From NCBI GenBank assembly GCA_027923505.1, contig BROI01000028.1, positions 248,001 to 312,000 on the forward strand: a DNA stretch of 64,000 bases, given 5' to 3'. This document shows, one piece after another, positions 59,968-64,000 of the stretch (position 1 is its first letter; each line of letters opens with the position of its first letter). The translations under genes and the position numbers were made by a program. Origin of the DNA: Mayamaea pseudoterrestris. Its lineage: Eukaryota. Below the pieces are notes generated by a model, which worked only from the letters and a program-made list of their open reading frames with translations, made no database searches and was not told where the DNA came from.

Positions 59968-62902
59968 TTAAGCGACCATCATTCGAGAAATAAGTCGCTG
60001 CCGCTGATCGTAGACGTAGCCAGCCTCTCTAAACGTGTCAGTCTTGAGAAATTCAGCCACATTGTAGATGCGTTTCTCTCTTGCTTTGCCTTCCAATTCG
60101 TCCAATGGCACGTCCAGACGTTCCATAGAATCTTCAGGTCGGTTCCGCTGTCGTAGACGAATGATTTGATACATTTGTTCCTTTCGGAACATGTCCTGAA
60201 GCAAGTGCAATAGCAAGTGAGCACGGTCTTCTCCGCTGGTGATAAATTTGGCAAATGATCGACGTAAGGATCGACGGACACTAAACTTTTGAGCGTCGAT
60301 AAAGCTGCCAAGCATCATGCGGATGGCGGCGTCAACATCATCGTCGCGTATGTAGTCCCGTAAGTGCATTTTGGCATGCGCTTCAGACATGCGCATGATT
60401 GATTCAATATGTCGAACGGCAATCGGAACACCACCAGAAGCTGCAGACTCGCGTCGGAGAGCCACGTAGAGGGAGGCGACTTTCTCTTGATCGAAAGTGT
60501 TGCCTTGCAAGTTAGGCTTCACGTTGGCTCGTGCGTACTGGATGTACTTGCGAAGAAGATCCTGCGACACGAGATCTGGACGATCAACCGCCGCATCTAC
60601 CTGCCGGGGCTGAACTTCGCCATGCACTGTAGGTACACTGCGCATATGACTGCTGGTGACAAACTTGGCGAGGCGCTCGTCAGCTACTGGATCGACAACA
60701 TCCTGAAGGACGCAGAGAATGTCAAACCGCTGCAGAATTGGATCAGTAAGCTCGACATTGTCAGACAAGGTGTTGGAGCTGTCGTATCGCCCTCCGATTG
60801 GGTTGGCAGCTGCGATGACTGAACATCGCGCTTGTAGCGAAGTCACAATCCCCGCCTTTGATACGGAAATGCTCTGCTGCTCCATTGCTTCGTGGATGGA
60901 GGTTCGATCCTGTTCATTCATCTTGTCAAACTCGTCAATCAGACAAACGCCTTTATCAGCAAGAACGAGAGCACCGCCTTCTAGCGTCCACTCCTTGGTC
61001 ACCGGATCTTTGTGCACGCTTGCCGTCAGGCCAACGGCACTTGCTCCTTTTCCAGTGGAGTATACGGCTCTTGGTGCAGTATTCTCGGCATATTTTAAGA
61101 GCTGACTCTTACTAGTTCCCGGATCACCAAGCAAAAGAACATTAATGTCTCCACGAATGCGATGCTTATCGTTCACATTCTTGGGAACGCCACCAAACAG
61201 ACTCATGGCCAAAGCCATCTTGCAAAAGTCATGTCCGAAAATACTGGGCGCAATACTCTTGGCAATGCGCTGTCCAATGTTCGGGTCTCGCGAAAGCTCC
61301 AATATTTGGCGGATGTCACTTTCGGATAGGTTGGAGGCACTTGATGCATCCTCCTTTCGAGTGACATGGTTGGCGCTGATGAATGTGCTAAAAACCGGAA
61401 ACCCGCTTTTGATCGTAAGGCTTCCGTCGAAAGTATTCTCGTAAACACCCGTGACTTCCACTTCCTCTCCTGGTCGAGCAACGTCAATCAAATCGTCCGC
61501 CATGAGGACTTCCTTGGTACGAGGAACGCGACCTGGTGGCACCGACCCTGGCGTTTCCTGAAGGTTAACGCGTTGTACATTACGATAGATAGACAAAGTT
61601 GGATGCAATCGGAAATGCGAAGACTCACACTGCTCGCTTGGGCAGCTATCAGGCATGTAAGCTTGCGCAACGTTGGATCCCAAACCTTCGACGCGGAACG
61701 GACCTTGCGAGCGCTTGCAGCTCATGCATTGGTAGTAAGCTAGCTGGAGCTGTGGAAACACGCTCGACCGACGCGTAATGACGCCATGTACCTTGACTAA
61801 GTTGTCCAAATGAGATCGGCGCAAGTCGCGGAGCGAATCAAGAATGGGAACTTCGCTGATGCGAACGTGAATTTCTGACTTGATGGCATTGTACGACGGA
61901 AACAGCATGAGAGTGTGCCTCGTAGCCGCTTCGTTCAAGACCAGCAGCATGTCTTTGGGAGCATCGGCCAACCAATAAGCTAGAACCGGTTCCGAGTCCA
62001 TGAGATGCAAGTAAGAGACTTGAAGTGTAGAGTAATTGGACGCGCACATGGCGCGAATTTTTTGCTCGTAGATGCCATTGCCTCGACGACGGCGATTATT
62101 TCCATCGTCGCTTGGGCCAGTGTAGTGACGAACAAACGCCCGAAAGCGGCGCTGAATTTCCCGACGGGTTCGGTCTTGCGCAATCCATTCGCGCAGAGGA
62201 ACATCAAACGCTTCCAGGTTGACTTGGTCATCGCCGTCCAAGTCTTCCTCATCCGTCTCGTCATCTCCTTCCTCCTCCTCTTCTCCTCGCCCAAACATGC
62301 CTCGACGAGCTTGTCTCGCTTCGTCATCCTCCTCCGTCTCCATTGCATCAAGCATGCCATAGAATCCAGTGTTTCGTCCATCCTTGGTGCGCCTTGAAAT
62401 TTCTCGTTCGGCCGCTGCTCGCTCCTCGGCCGTCATGTTCCCATAGTCGCGGTCGTCAATGTCTTCCGTACCATAATTATCCAAGGCTTCAATGCGCTGG
62501 TAGTCGCGGTCGGCATTCTCCAACAAGTCTTCGCCTTCTCCTTCTTCCTCTTCGTCGTCAAGCTGGTCATCAAAGTCTTGATCTTCGGGTGCTTCCTCGG
62601 CTTCTGGAGCAGGGTCTGTTTCAACGTTATATAGTTAGACGTGCCAACAGTAAGATAGCGTTCAAGCTCATGAAATAGATAAACTTACCATCAACTTCCT
62701 TGTACTCTTCATCTTCGCCTCCAAACCGCAACTCTCTCGCTTCCTCTTGAACCTGGCGCTGACGACGACGCTTGTTCGCTAGCCTGCCGAGACGCGCGGC
62801 TCGGACCGATGCCTGCGACGGCCCATTTTCCTCGTTATCATCCGAATCCTGCAAGTCGTCATCTTCGTCCTCTGGACGAGGTCGGCGCGGAGGTTCCGCC
62901 AT
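59968..62902 (-). CDS. MCM2: DNA replication licensing factor MCM2; intron 62616-62688
   Basis: Acidic N-terminus with 'DRDY..IEALDNY...DID', zinc finger, 'QETPGSVPPGRVPR', Walker A GDPGT.KSQ, IDEFDKM and 'AVRHIES'. Confidence 0.96.
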
Positions 62903-63224
62903 GGTTGAATGGTGTCCTGTAGGAACGCTTGGTCAATGGTTGTGGATCCGTGCTGGCGCGGCGTGCGCGCGTTTTGCGCCAATGCCATGAAAGTCACACA
63001 CGATTCACAAAAATACTCCGTCAGCGGTGCGACAAAGGACCGTACGTCAGCGACAGCAGGCGCGGTTAAAACGACGCGCCGTATTGGATGCTCGATGATG
63101 GCCCCTTTGCAACTGGATTGTTCCATGCGCCAATTGACGATGCAGTAGTAGATTACTAGTAAAAGCACCATCAATACATTCATTATTTACTATTCAGCTG
63201 CAAACCAACAAGCCAACAAGAGTC

Positions 63225-64000
63225 ATGATATTCCTAGCTCTTGTCGTTGCTGCAACCTTGTCCGTATCGGTTGCATTTGCTCCGATCCGACCGGCATCAC
63301 TGCGAATCGTGGCAACAGCTCCGTCGTCGTCAACGACATCCTTGCATGTCACTAAGGAGGAATTGCTCGAAGCGCGGGAAAAAATTGATGGCATCATCAA
63401 CAATGTCAATGCTGGCCCAATCTTTGTAAGGCTAGCTTGGCATGACTCTGGAACATTCGACGTGAATGTCAAGGAAGATTGGCCAGCGGCGGGCGGTAAG
63501 TATTAAGTATCATTGATGCAATACACGTTACACGTGAGAGGGAGACACCGACAACGAAGAGGAGCATTAAGATTTGGCTTTGCTTGTATGACTTTGTTCT
63601 CATATGAATGTCGCCTATCATTGCAGGAGCAACTGCTTCGATCCGATTCGCCCCCGAGATCCAGCATGGCGCCAATAAAGGCCTGTCGAACGCCGTCAAA
63701 CTGCTCGAGCCAGTCAAGAAGGCTTGCCCAAACGTGAGCTATACAGACATTTATCAAATGGCGAGTACCCGAGCCGTTACTTTGGCTGGTGGACCAGTCA
63801 TGGACATGAAGTATGGTCGCGTCGACGCTGCAGATCCGGCCGACTGCAGCCCCGAGGGAAATTTGCCGGATGGCAGTCCAGGCCCTAATGGCAAGTACGG
63901 AGGTGCTGGTGGGACGGCTTCGACCGAAGCATCAACTCCGAATGAGCATTTGCGCAAAGTGTTTTACCGCATGGGACTTAACGATGAGCAAATTGTTGCC
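63225..64000 (+). CDS. APX: Plastid-targeted ascorbate peroxidase (class I heme peroxidase), 5' part only; intron 63496-63626
   Basis: Signal peptide plus 'SVAFAP', 'RLAWHDSGTFD', 'SIRF.PE..HGANKGL', 'MKYGRVD', 'PEGNLPD' and 'HLRKVFYRMGLND'. The gene runs off the window end. Confidence 0.92.

Overview
Gene-dense eukaryotic nuclear DNA, most likely from a diatom. The evidence is short GT-AG introns, intergenic gaps mostly under 600 bp, many head-to-head gene pairs, and bipartite signal + 'AF/SF/GF' plastid-targeting N-termini. About 23 protein-coding genes lie in two arms, 1-26.3 kb and 49.5-64 kb. They include RPL30, RPL14, RPL8, MCM2, UTP25, ADAT2, VPS60, a HisIE-type enzyme, a GIGYF-like protein, an ER-type cyclophilin, a protein kinase, a two-pore K+ channel and an ascorbate peroxidase. 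Between the arms sits a ~23-kb gene-free satellite block with a nested layout. A palindrome-rich 169-bp satellite (26.37-27.46 kb and 37.73-49.34 kb) encloses a near-identical 352-bp satellite (~29 copies), which is itself a 179+173-bp dimer. The oldest-looking 169-bp variants lie at both outer edges. This layered array of nucleosome-sized units is a candidate satellite-type centromere. A 5,611-bp exact duplication inside it is probably an assembly artefact. Two distant paralogous, plastid-targeted hypothetical proteins, one on each arm, look like tandem RbcX-fold proteins. All family assignments come from motif recognition by eye; no searches were run.
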